NCBI GenBank assembly: GCA_035940575.1
Contig: DASZER010000046.1
Span: 3,439-67,438, forward strand
Length of the DNA: 64,000 nt
From: Frankiaceae bacterium
GTDB taxonomy: Bacteria; Actinomycetota; Actinomycetes; BP-191
Direction of reading: 5' to 3'
In this document: in pieces, positions 17,835 through 26,412 of the stretch
Position numbering within the stretch: position 1 is the stretch's first letter
How the letters are laid out: each line of letters begins with the position of its first letter
The notes under the pieces: model-generated
Databases searched by the model: none
The model's input: only the letters and a program-made list of their open reading frames with translations
What the model was told of the DNA's origin: nothing
Position numbers and translations under genes: made by a program

Positions 17835-19253
17835 TCACGACTCCTCGGGCGCCAGCGGGTCGCCGGCGGTCGACGTGGAGAACACCTGCTGGAACGCCGT
17901 CACGAGCGCGAACGTCACGAGCACCTCGCCCACGACGCGCAGCCAGAGCAGCGGGCGGATCGCGTCGGTGACGCGTACCCACGCGTCGCCGGTCGCGACC
18001 GAGGAGCCGTCGCGGACGCCCTGCGCGAGCAGCACGCCCTGGACGTAGCCCGCGACGAGCAGCGACAGCGCGACGAGCAGGACGCCGACGACGAGCGGCC
18101 AGGCGGCGTTGGCCGCGAGGCGCGGGTTGGTGATGCGGTTGCCCGACGCGGCCGGCAGCACGTGGAACACGCCCGCCAGGATGCCCGCGGCCGCGACGCC
18201 GAGCAGCGCGAGCTCGGACAGGCCGTCGGAGGCGACGCTGGCGTGCAGGAAGTCGCCCGCCGTACGCCCCGCCGTCGTCCCGGCGAGCAGCGCCCACGCG
18301 CCGAGCAGGCCGGCGGCGGCGAGGCCGAAGCGGAGGTCGGCGCCGTGCGCCAGCGCGGTGCGGCGCGCGTAGGTGCTCGCGACGAGCGTGACGTAGGCCA
18401 GGACGCCCGCGCCGAGCGCGATCGTCGCGGCGATGCCGACCGACTCGAGCCAGTCCTGCGCCGGCCCCCCGGCGAGGCGGGCCGCCCCCGCGAACGGCGC
18501 GAACACGAACCAGCCCCAGAACGCCGCCACGGCGAGCTGGCGGCTGTGCAGCGGCGCGCGCGACGACACCGGGATCGCGTAGAGCGCGAGGCCGAGCGCG
18601 AGCGGGACGAGCCAGAGCAGCTTGAGCCCGGACAGGCCGAACGCGAGCACCATCTCGTCGTTGACGCCGCGCACGCGCGGCAGCGCGCCGAACAGGATCA
18701 CGACGGGCGCGCAGAACAGCGCGCCGACCACGAACCACAGCGACGGGTGGACCTCGTCCTCGCGGCGCTTCGAGACCGTGCGCAGCACCGAGCAGAGCAG
18801 CAGGAGCTGGCCGAGCGCGATCAGCACGGCGAGCGGGCGCGGCATCTCGAAGCCCACGCGGCCGTTGCCGTGGCCGGTCAGCACCGCGAGCACCGAGCCG
18901 ACGACGCCGACCGTGACGATCGCGCCCGCGGCCTTGGAGAGGTTGTCGAGCTGGACGGGCGCCTTGGCGAGCCGGCGCGCGACGTCGAGGGCGGCGCCGT
19001 TGCCGAGCATGCCGAGGCCGCCGTAGGTGACCAGCAGGAACGCCGCCGGGCGCAGCCTGCCGACGTTCGTCGCCGCGCCGACCGTGAACACGTCGGCCGC
19101 GACCGTCTGCACCGAGACGAGCAGCAGCAGGAACGCGCCCAGGGCGAGGAACACCACGCCCGCGAGCAGCCAGGTCAGCGTCGACGCGGAGGGCTGCTCC
19201 CACGTGGGGGCGCTGGACTCCGACGCCGTCGACGGCGACGTCGTGACAGCCAC
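17835..19253 (-). CDS. cbb3-type oxidase subunit I (CcoN/FixN) homologue lacking the canonical His metal ligands
   Basis: 472-aa polytopic protein. It retains CcoN signature stretches (VGRLRP, EVHPSLWFVVGALF, QDWLESVGIA, AGYVQGVLL). Where CcoN has LHT, WWYGHNAVGF, WAGPHHLHY and GHVHSGALG, it has AAF, LAFGLSGLKL, FAGAARLAG and SDGLSELALLG. The comparison is from memory of Pseudomonas stutzeri CcoN. Confidence 0.6.
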   Translation of the reverse strand: MAVTTSPSTASESSAPTWEQPSASTLTWLLAGVVFLALGAFLLLLVSVQTVAADVFTVGAATNVGRLRPAAFLLVTYGGLGMLGNGAALDVARRLAKAPVQLDNLSKAAGAIVTVGVVGSVLAVLTGHGNGRVGFEMPRPLAVLIALGQLLLLCSVLRTVSKRREDEVHPSLWFVVGALFCAPVVILFGALPRVRGVNDEMVLAFGLSGLKLLWLVPLALGLALYAIPVSSRAPLHSRQLAVAAFWGWFVFAPFAGAARLAGGPAQDWLESVGIAATIALGAGVLAYVTLVASTYARRTALAHGADLRFGLAAAGLLGAWALLAGTTAGRTAGDFLHASVASDGLSELALLGVAAAGILAGVFHVLPAASGNRITNPRLAANAAWPLVVGVLLVALSLLVAGYVQGVLLAQGVRDGSSVATGDAWVRVTDAIRPLLWLRVVGEVLVTFALVTAFQQVFSTSTAGDPLAPEES

Positions 19254-19340
19254 GCGGCAACCTCCGGGGACGCGGACGCAGGATCGGCCCAGATGTTAGT
19301 GGGGCGGGCACGCACGGCGCGAAACGCGCGCCGCGCGACC

Positions 19341-19703
19341 TCAGTCGTGCGCGGTACGCGGCTTGCGAATCCGCTTGGCGGGCGGAGCGTCCACGGTCTT
19401 GGCCGGCTTGGCGTCCGGGGCCGCACCGTCGTTCGAGTTCAGGAAGGCGTTGAGGGCGTCGCGTGTCAGGTCGGACACCGACCGTCCCGTCCTCTGGGCG
19501 AACGCCACGACCTTGCCGTGGAGGTCCGAGGGGATGCGCGTGTTCAGCGCCTTGCTCGTCCCGCCCTCGGCGGACAGCGACGGGCGGCCCGCCTTGCGCA
19601 GCGGGTTCGGGACCGCGGGACCGACCTCGCGCGCATCGAGCCCCTTCTCGGCCTTCGCGAGCGCGGCGGCCTCGCGCTCGGGGGTCCACGGCTTCTTCGT
19701 CAT
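19341..19703 (-). CDS. ribbon-helix-helix (CopG/BrnA-like) antitoxin
   Basis: 120 aa starting at ATG 19703. RHH segment is GRPSLSAEGGTSKALNTRIPSDLHGKVVAFAQRTGRSVSDLTRDALNAFL. Lies 5 nt downstream of the small toxin-like gene. Confidence 0.6.
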   Translation of the reverse strand: MTKKPWTPEREAAALAKAEKGLDAREVGPAVPNPLRKAGRPSLSAEGGTSKALNTRIPSDLHGKVVAFAQRTGRSVSDLTRDALNAFLNSNDGAAPDAKPAKTVDAPPAKRIRKPRTAHD

Positions 19704-19708
19704 CGTCG

Positions 19709-19981
19709 TCACCTGGTCGTCTGGTCGTAGAGGGGCCGGTACTTGGGGCGCATCGGCATCACGTGGAAGATCCGTACGGCCTCGGCTCCCAGGAGCCGCA
19801 CCATGACCTCCAGCGGGACGCCGTTCGGGTCGTCGCCGAGGAACAGCAACAGGTCGGGGTCGGGCTCGCCGTCCTCGTCCACGACCGGGAACGCCGTCGG
19901 TGCCGTGTCGAGCACATGCCGCGCACGGGCGCGAGAGACGCCGTGCCTGGCCGCCGACTGCGCCCACTCGTACCGAGGCAT
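19709..19981 (-). CDS. putative toxin of a toxin-first TA pair (BrnT-like arrangement)
   Basis: 90 aa MPRYEWAQSAARHGVSRARARHVLD...VRIFHVMPMRPKYRPLY. The small size, toxin-then-RHH order and W..x..HGVS / I.H.M..R motifs recall BrnT-type toxins. The family assignment is tentative. Confidence 0.45.
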   Translation of the reverse strand: MPRYEWAQSAARHGVSRARARHVLDTAPTAFPVVDEDGEPDPDLLLFLGDDPNGVPLEVMVRLLGAEAVRIFHVMPMRPKYRPLYDQTTR

Positions 19982-20031
19982 GCCCCGGAATTCTGTCACA
20001 CAAAAAGGTGGGCGGCAACGGGCCGGCCGGT

Positions 20032-20961
20032 CTAGACCCCGGCGTAGGAGTGCAGGCCCGACACCCAGATGTTGACGACGTAGTACGTCACCATCAGCGA
20101 GGCGAAGCCGGCGACGGCGATCCAGGCGGCGCGGCGGCCGCGCCAGCCGGCGGTCGAGCGCGCGTGCAGGTAGCCGGCGTAGACGACCCAGGTCACGAAC
20201 GACCAGGTCTCCTTCGGGTCCCAGCCCCAGTACCGCCCCCACGCGGCCTCGGCCCAGACGGCACCGGCCATGACGGTGAACGTCCACACAGGGAAGCCGA
20301 ACGCGTGCACGCGGTACGACACCCGGTCCAGCGTCGCCGCGGACGGCAGGCGCGAGGGCTTGTCGGGCGCGCGGCGGTCGCGCCAGGAGCGCCACAGGTA
20401 CAGCGCGGCGGCGACGAAGCCGACCATGAAGATGCCCGACGACGCCATGGCGCCGACGACGTGGATCTTGATCCAGTACGAGTTGAGCGCGGGGACGAGC
20501 GGGGCGGCGGGCGCGTAGAGGACGAGCGCCGCGACGCCGAGGTAGAGGATCACCGGCAGCATCACGAAGCCGCCGAGGTGGCGCAGCGGGTGGCGGCGGA
20601 TCACGCCGAGCCACGCGACGACGGCGAACAGCGACACCATCGACGAGAACTCGTACATGTTGCCCCACGGCACGCGGTCGACCGCGAGGCCGCGCGTGAC
20701 GGCGGATGCGACGTGCAGCAGCAGGCCCACGACGGTTGCGACGACGGCGACGCGGCCGGCGAGGCGCGGCACCCGCGAGGGCGCGGCGACCGCGGCGGCG
20801 ACGGGCGCCGGCACGGTGTCGACGGCGCCGCCCGCGATGGGGCGCGGCGCGAGGCGGCCGAACGACAGCTCCACGAAGTAGCCGAACATCGCGACGACGT
20901 ACGCGATCACCGCCGCGAACAGCAGCGTGTCGCTCGCCCGCGCGAGCCCCTCGTCGATCAC
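20032..20961 (-). CDS. ccsB: cytochrome c biogenesis protein CcsB/ResC (system II heme handling)
   Basis: 309 aa starting at GTG 20961 (GTGA overlap). Trp-rich WWD-type region is WAEAAWGRYWGWDPKETWSFVTW. Polytopic. Confidence 0.85.
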   Translation of the reverse strand: MIDEGLARASDTLLFAAVIAYVVAMFGYFVELSFGRLAPRPIAGGAVDTVPAPVAAAVAAPSRVPRLAGRVAVVATVVGLLLHVASAVTRGLAVDRVPWGNMYEFSSMVSLFAVVAWLGVIRRHPLRHLGGFVMLPVILYLGVAALVLYAPAAPLVPALNSYWIKIHVVGAMASSGIFMVGFVAAALYLWRSWRDRRAPDKPSRLPSAATLDRVSYRVHAFGFPVWTFTVMAGAVWAEAAWGRYWGWDPKETWSFVTWVVYAGYLHARSTAGWRGRRAAWIAVAGFASLMVTYYVVNIWVSGLHSYAGV

Positions 20962-22502
20962 GGCTTCTCCAGCGACGCTTGCAACGACTCGGCCACGCTC
21001 GCGAGCTCCGGCTCGTACCCCGCCGGGTCCTGGCGCGCGAGCCCGCCGACCTCCACGAGGGTACCCGCCTCGGTCGCGGTCGCCTTCACCCAGAGCCGCC
21101 GCCTGCGGATCCGCAGCGACAGGATCAGGCCGGTCAACGCCAGGATCGCCGCGACGAGCACGACCCGCTTGCCCGGGTCGGAGTTGACGTGCAGGACCGC
21201 GAAGTCCTTCACGCCGTCGAACTCCACGGTCAGCCCGCCGGGCAGCCGCTCGATCGTCTCGCCGAGGAACGCCACGCCCCCGCCCGCGCGCACCATCCCC
21301 TCCGTGTCGAGCTCGTAGACGTTCTGCGGCAGGCCGCTGTCGAGGCCGAGGCTGCCCGCCCACGTCTCGTAGACGAACGCCGGGATCAGCGCCTCGGGCG
21401 CGGCCGAGAACACCGTCTGCCCCCGCCGCGCGTACGTCGGCACGAACCGCCCGCGCAGCCCCACGTCGGGCAGCCCGCCGCCGAGGTCGGAGACCTTGAC
21501 GACGCCGTCGGAGACGAGGTTGGCCGCGCCCCTGTCGGGGAGGAACGGCTGCCACTGGTCGTAGACGACGGTGCCGTCGGGCAGGCGCGCGGTGAAGTGC
21601 AGCGCGTAGCCGTGGTCGAGCAGGTAGACCCGCGCGCCGCGCACGGTCAGCGGCTCGTTGACCCGGACGGTCCGCTTCCGGTCTGGCGCGCCCACCGAGG
21701 GGCGCCAGCGCACGTCGACCTCGTACGACGACGGCGCGCCGTTGGGCAGGAACCGCGCCCTGAAGTCGTCCACCGTCACCTCGAACGGCGGCAGGTCGTC
21801 GCCGGTGTTGAGGCGGCCGGGGTGCAGCTCGTCGTACGCCGCCGGCGTGTTGACGAACGTGTCGCCCTCCACGACGAGCACGTCGCCGCGGTACCCCCAC
21901 GCGGCGCCCATCGCGACGCCGGCGAGCAGGCCGAGCAGCGCGAGGTGGAACGCGATGTTGCCGGTCTCGCGCACGTAGCCGCGCTCGGCGGACAGGCCGG
22001 TGTCGTACGGCCGCACGCGCCAGCGCCGCAGCGACCGCCGGGCCGCGTCGTAGACCTCGGTAGGCGACGCCGACGTCGTGAACGACCGCGAGACGGGGAG
22101 GCGCGAGAGGTTGCGCGGCGGCGCCGGCGGGACCGAGCGCAGCGCGCGCACGTGCAGCCGGATGCGCGGGGTGAGGCAGCCGACGAGCGACACCATCAGC
22201 GCGAGGTAGATCGCGCCGAACCACGGCGAGGCGTAGACGTCGAACGCGTACAGCCGGTCCAGCCACGGCGCGAGCGACGGGTGGTCGCCGTAGTAGCCGG
22301 CGACGCCCGACGGGTTGAGCGAGCGCTGCGGCAGCAGCGAGCCCGGCACCGCCGCGACGGCGAGCAGGAACAGCAGCAGCAACGCCGTCCGCATCGACGT
22401 CCACGTACGCCACGCCCTGCGCATCGCCGCGCCGGGCCCGACGCGGGGCGGCGCGGGCGCGCGGTCCTCTGGCGAGGTGGAGAGCTCGGTCGTCGCGGTC
22501 AC
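20958..22502 (-). CDS. resB: cytochrome c biogenesis protein ResB/Ccs1
   Basis: 514 aa starting at GTG 22502 (GTGA overlap). N-terminus is WRTWTSMRTALLLLFLLAVAAVPGSLLPQR, followed by a large extracytoplasmic domain and a C-terminal TM. Confidence 0.85.
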   Translation of the reverse strand: MTATTELSTSPEDRAPAPPRVGPGAAMRRAWRTWTSMRTALLLLFLLAVAAVPGSLLPQRSLNPSGVAGYYGDHPSLAPWLDRLYAFDVYASPWFGAIYLALMVSLVGCLTPRIRLHVRALRSVPPAPPRNLSRLPVSRSFTTSASPTEVYDAARRSLRRWRVRPYDTGLSAERGYVRETGNIAFHLALLGLLAGVAMGAAWGYRGDVLVVEGDTFVNTPAAYDELHPGRLNTGDDLPPFEVTVDDFRARFLPNGAPSSYEVDVRWRPSVGAPDRKRTVRVNEPLTVRGARVYLLDHGYALHFTARLPDGTVVYDQWQPFLPDRGAANLVSDGVVKVSDLGGGLPDVGLRGRFVPTYARRGQTVFSAAPEALIPAFVYETWAGSLGLDSGLPQNVYELDTEGMVRAGGGVAFLGETIERLPGGLTVEFDGVKDFAVLHVNSDPGKRVVLVAAILALTGLILSLRIRRRRLWVKATATEAGTLVEVGGLARQDPAGYEPELASVAESLQASLEKP

Positions 22503-23260
22503 AGCGCGGTCTCGAACCCGCCGATCCAGACCTGCATCCGCGCCACGATCCGCGTCCACTCGCCGGTGACGAGCAGCACGCCGATCAGCACGAGGAACCC
22601 GCCGCCGATCCGCGTGACGAGCGCGTAGTGGCGCTTCACGACCGCGAACGCCGCCATGGAGCGCTCGAACGCGAGCCCCGCCAGCACGAACGGCAGGCCG
22701 AGGCCGAGGCAGTAGAACAGCGAGAGCAGCGCGCCGCGGCCCGCCGTGCCGGTGGAGTAGGCGAGGGAGTTGACGGCGGTCAGCGTCGGCCCCGCGCACG
22801 GCGTCCAGCCGACGCCGAACAGCACGCCCAGCAGCGGCGCCCCCGCGAGCCCGGTCTTCGGCAGCGCATGGATGCGGAACTCCCGCGAGAACAGCGACAC
22901 CCGCGACAGCGCGCCCATGAACGCCAGGCCGAGCACGATGGTCACGACGCCGAGCACCCGCGTGATCGCGTCGGCGTGGTCGGCGAACACCCGCCCCGCC
23001 GCGCCGAACGCCGCGCCCGCCGAGACGAACACCACCGAGAAGCCGAGCACGAACAGCAGCCCGCCCACGACCACCCGCGAGCGCTGCCGCGCGGTGACGT
23101 CGGCCTCCGCGAGGTCGGCGCCGGTGAGGCCGGTGACGAAGGACAGGTAGCCCGGCACGAGCGGCAGCACGCACGGCGAGAGGAAGGACACGAGCCCGGC
23201 CAAGACCGCGATCGGGATGGCGGCCAGCAGCGACCCGGAGAGGACGGTGTCCTGGATCAC
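22499..23260 (-). CDS. ccdA: cytochrome c biogenesis thiol-reductant transporter CcdA (DsbD family)
   Basis: 253 aa starting at GTG 23260. Conserved Cys motifs are FLSPCVLPLVPGY and GWTPCAGPTL. Confidence 0.85.
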   Translation of the reverse strand: MIQDTVLSGSLLAAIPIAVLAGLVSFLSPCVLPLVPGYLSFVTGLTGADLAEADVTARQRSRVVVGGLLFVLGFSVVFVSAGAAFGAAGRVFADHADAITRVLGVVTIVLGLAFMGALSRVSLFSREFRIHALPKTGLAGAPLLGVLFGVGWTPCAGPTLTAVNSLAYSTGTAGRGALLSLFYCLGLGLPFVLAGLAFERSMAAFAVVKRHYALVTRIGGGFLVLIGVLLVTGEWTRIVARMQVWIGGFETAL

Positions 23261-23823
23261 GGCGCCCGCTCCGCGAGCACCCGGTCGACGAGCGTCCGCA
23301 GCGGCGCCTCGTCGAGCACGCCGAACGCGTACGCCGCGACGCGGCCCGACCTGTCGACGACGTAGGTGGCGGGCGGCGACTTCGGCACGGTCTCGAACAG
23401 CGTGAGCAGCCGCCCCGGCTCGTCGTGGAAGGAGGGGTACGTCACGCCGTAGCGCTCGACGTGCCGCCTCGCGGCGACGGCGTCGTCGCGGATGTCGATG
23501 CCGACGAACGCCACGCCCCGCGAACGCGTGTCGCGCCAGACGCGTTCCAGGTGCGGCTGCTCGGCGCGGCACGGGACGCACCAGGCGCCCCACACGTTCA
23601 CCACCGCGACGCCGCCGCCGCGCAGCTCCGCGAGCGAGAGCGGCCTGCCGTCCAGGCCCTCGCCCGCCAGCGCCGGGGCGGGCTCGCGAGAGCCCGTGGA
23701 GACGTACGTCACCACGGCGTCGCCGGCGACGTAGCGCTCCGCGCCGTCGGGCGCGCCGCCGCGCGTGCAGCCCGCCGCCGCCACCAGGGCGAGCGCGAGC
23801 GCCACGGCGCGGAGGCGGGGCAC
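23257..23823 (-). CDS. resA: TlpA/ResA-type thiol-disulfide oxidoreductase lipoprotein
   Basis: About 188 aa. Lipobox LVAAAGC and thioredoxin motif VNVWGAWCVPCRAE. The GTG 23823 start is approximate. Confidence 0.75.
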   Translation of the reverse strand: MPRLRAVALALALVAAAGCTRGGAPDGAERYVAGDAVVTYVSTGSREPAPALAGEGLDGRPLSLAELRGGGVAVVNVWGAWCVPCRAEQPHLERVWRDTRSRGVAFVGIDIRDDAVAARRHVERYGVTYPSFHDEPGRLLTLFETVPKSPPATYVVDRSGRVAAYAFGVLDEAPLRTLVDRVLAERAP

Positions 23824-23997
23824 GGGAGAGGACCCTCCGGGGGGATCGGGGGACGAGGCGCGGCGCGCACGTGGCGCGGCCGTTGGATTCGCGGGCGCGA
23901 AGCCCAGGGACGTAGTATCGCCCGTGCCGGGCAAGCCCGCTCCGGCACGTCCGGCACGCGCCGGTCAGAGCACCCGAAGACCCGAGGAAGGCGGCGC

Positions 23998-24312
23998 ATG
24001 GCCAACCCGCTCCAGCGGTCCCAGTGGCTCCGCGTGGCCTTCGGGTCGCTGCTCTGCACGATGCTGTTCATGGTGTTCTTCGCGGCCGTCCCCTCGGCGA
24101 TCATCAACTGGTCCGACGGCTGGTCCTGGGTCCAGGCGCCCGAGACGTTCGGCGTCCTCGGCCTCGGCAAGCGGCTCCGCGACCTGATCATCGTCGGCTG
24201 GTACGGCGCCATCACCCCCGTCACGTTCGTCGCGTTCTCGCTCTGGCAGAAGCTGCACCCGGTCAACGCCGATGCGGACGAGCCGAAGCGCGACGCGGGC
24301 GGCTACCGCTAG
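23998..24312 (+). CDS. 104-aa membrane protein, first gene of the b6-type operon
   Basis: ATG 23998 is preceded by GAGGAAGG. Product MANPLQRSQWLRVAFGSLLCTMLFMVFFAAVPSAII...IIVGWYGAITPVTFVAFSLW has 2-3 hydrophobic segments. Confidence 0.6.
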   Translation: MANPLQRSQWLRVAFGSLLCTMLFMVFFAAVPSAIINWSDGWSWVQAPETFGVLGLGKRLRDLIIVGWYGAITPVTFVAFSLWQKLHPVNADADEPKRDAGGYR

Positions 24313-24328
24313 ACGGAGGCGCGCCCAC

Positions 24329-24682
24329 ATGACCGACAACCGCGTCGAGATCTACGACGACTACGTCCTCGGCACCGTCGACCCCAACTGGCTCCAGGAG
24401 CGGGTCAAGCCGAAGCGTCACATCGCGCTCTCCCCCGAGCTGTGCATCCTCTGTCGGGCGTGCGAGGACGTGTGCCCGTGGGAGTGCATCTACATGATGT
24501 CGCCCGACATCGTCGCGGGCGCGGAGAGCAGCGACCTCAAGACGCTCTCGGAGACGGCGGGCGCCGTCTTCATCATCGACGACAACGAGTGCACCCGGTG
24601 CGGCATCTGCGTCGACCGCTGCCCGCCCGGCGCGCTGTTCTACTCGAAGATCGGCGAAGCCGCCGCGAAGAAGAAGCACTAG
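24329..24682 (+). CDS. 2x[4Fe-4S] ferredoxin-type protein
   Basis: 117 aa with two motifs, CILCRACEDVCP and CTRCGICVDRCP. 16 nt after the previous gene and 12 nt before cytochrome b6. Confidence 0.8.
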   Translation: MTDNRVEIYDDYVLGTVDPNWLQERVKPKRHIALSPELCILCRACEDVCPWECIYMMSPDIVAGAESSDLKTLSETAGAVFIIDDNECTRCGICVDRCPPGALFYSKIGEAAAKKKH

Positions 24683-24694
24683 GAGGTCGGGCCG

Positions 24695-25492
24695 GTGGCC
24701 GAGAAGGACGGTCGTCTCAACGAGGCGAAGGACGCCCTCGTCGAGATGGTGAAGCCGAAGGACCCGCGCGAGGGCGCGGTCTGGAAGTCCATCTTCCGCC
24801 CCGGCTCGATCTACCGCCCCGGGTACAGGGACACGTCGCGCGACCGCGCGCTCGCGACGATGAACAACGTCCTGTACCACCTGCACCCGGTGAAGCTGAA
24901 GCGCCACGGCCTCAAGCTCACCTACACGTACTGCCTCGGCGGCCTGTCGTTCTTCCTGTTCATCGTGCTGACGGTGACGGGCATCTACCTGATGTTCTTC
25001 TACCGGCCCTCGGCCGGCTTCGGGCAGGAGCTCGCGTACCGCGACATCCAGAACCTGTCGTCGGGCATCGCGTTCGGCCAGCTCGTCCGCAACATGCACC
25101 GATGGTCGGCGCACGGCATGGTCTTCACGGTCTTCCTGCACATGGCGCGCGTCTTCTACCACGGCGCGTACAAGGCACCGCGCGAGTTCAACTGGGTCGT
25201 CGGCGTCATCCTGCTGCTGCTGACCCTGCTGCTGTCGTTCACGGGCTACCTGCTCCCGTGGGACCAGCTCGCGATCTGGGCCGTCGCCGTCGGCACGCAG
25301 ATGATGGGCTACACGCCGGTCTTCGGTGCCGAGGTGCGCTTCGTGCTCCTGGGCGGCGTCGAGATCGGGCCGCCCACCCTCCTCCGCTGGTACGTCCTCC
25401 ACGTCCTCGCGCTGCCATTCGTGGCGGTCATCTTCATGGCCGTCCACTTCTGGCGGATCCGCAAGGACGGCGGAATCTCCGGACCTCTGTAA
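24695..25492 (+). CDS. cytochrome b6-type subunit (N-terminal four-helix half of cytochrome b)
   Basis: 265 aa. His pairs lie in VRNMHRWSAHGMVFTVFLHMARVF and LRWYVLHVLALPFVAVIFMAVHFWRIRKDGGISGPL. The YCLGG Cys is present. The C-terminus is almost identical to plastid/cyanobacterial b6 (...IRKQGISGPL). Confidence 0.85.
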   Translation: MAEKDGRLNEAKDALVEMVKPKDPREGAVWKSIFRPGSIYRPGYRDTSRDRALATMNNVLYHLHPVKLKRHGLKLTYTYCLGGLSFFLFIVLTVTGIYLMFFYRPSAGFGQELAYRDIQNLSSGIAFGQLVRNMHRWSAHGMVFTVFLHMARVFYHGAYKAPREFNWVVGVILLLLTLLLSFTGYLLPWDQLAIWAVAVGTQMMGYTPVFGAEVRFVLLGGVEIGPPTLLRWYVLHVLALPFVAVIFMAVHFWRIRKDGGISGPL

Positions 25493-25501
25493 GGGGCGTC
25501 G

Positions 25502-26398
25502 ATGGCTGAAGAGATCACCCCGGACCCCGAGGTCTACGCCGCCGCGATCGCGGCCGGCGACTCGGAGCGGATGGCGCGCGCCAAGGCCAAGTCAGCCGCG
25601 GTGAAGAAGGCGCGCAAGGCGGCGGGCATCCCGTCGCCGGCCGAGCAGGCCGCGGCGGCCGCCGCCGCACCTGCCGCCGCCGCCGCGCCCGCCGCGAGCG
25701 ACGCGCCTCCCCCGGCCACCGCCGCTGCCGTCGCCGCCCCCGCCGCCACGGCGGGTGCCCCGGCCGCGGCTCCCGCGGCCGCCGCGGGTGGCGGTGGCAC
25801 GGCGACCCTGACGCGTTCGACGCCGCTGTCCCCCGCCGAGCGCGCGGCGCGCGTGGCCGCCGCGACGCAGGGCAAGGCCGGAGGCGGGCGCGGGCTGTCG
25901 GGCGAGATGACCCACCGCCTGCTGGCGATGGTCCCGCCGGAGGGCATCCAGCGCGTCGAGCGCACGCAGGACGACAAGGTCAACGTCTGGCCGCACCTGC
26001 TCCTCGAGGAGTTCGTCGCGGTCCTCGCGTGCACGGCGTTCCTCGTGCTGTTCTCGACGTTCGTCAACGCGCCGCTGCTGGACCTGGCGAACGTCAACCT
26101 GACGCCGAACCCCTCCAAGGCGCCGTGGTACTTCCTGGGCCTCCAGGAGCTGCTGCGCTACTACCACCCGATGATCGCCGGCGTGCTCATCCCCGGCATC
26201 GGCCTGGGCATCCTGATGGCGTTCCCCTACATCGACAAGAACCCGTCGATGCGGCCCGCCAACCGCAAGTTCGCGATCATGCTGTTCACGTTCTTCATGA
26301 TGTTCTCGGCGATCCTGTCGACGATCGGTTCCCTCTTCCGCGGGCCTGGCTACAACTTCATCTTCCCGTGGCAAAAGGGCCTCTACTTCGAGTTCTAG
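25502..26398 (+). CDS. subunit IV-like protein (C-terminal half of cytochrome b) with a ~150-aa Ala/Pro-rich N-terminal extension
   Basis: 298 aa. The C-terminal 3-TM domain contains NPSKAPWYFLGLQELLRY (PEWY-box equivalent). The N-terminus is low-complexity AAAAAPAAAAAP... Confidence 0.8.
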   Translation: MAEEITPDPEVYAAAIAAGDSERMARAKAKSAAVKKARKAAGIPSPAEQAAAAAAAPAAAAAPAASDAPPPATAAAVAAPAATAGAPAAAPAAAAGGGGTATLTRSTPLSPAERAARVAAATQGKAGGGRGLSGEMTHRLLAMVPPEGIQRVERTQDDKVNVWPHLLLEEFVAVLACTAFLVLFSTFVNAPLLDLANVNLTPNPSKAPWYFLGLQELLRYYHPMIAGVLIPGIGLGILMAFPYIDKNPSMRPANRKFAIMLFTFFMMFSAILSTIGSLFRGPGYNFIFPWQKGLYFEF

Positions 26399-26412
26399 CG
26401 AGAGGCAGGACG

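Noticed and set aside
20706-23174. ORF 20706..22628 (+) of 640 aa and the N-terminal extensions of 20032..22413, 20958..23174 and 22499..23593
   Set aside because: Only the C-terminal portions correspond to CcsB, ResB and CcdA. Each of those starts at a GTG that overlaps the upstream stop. The extensions and the antisense ORF are Arg/Ala-rich shadows.
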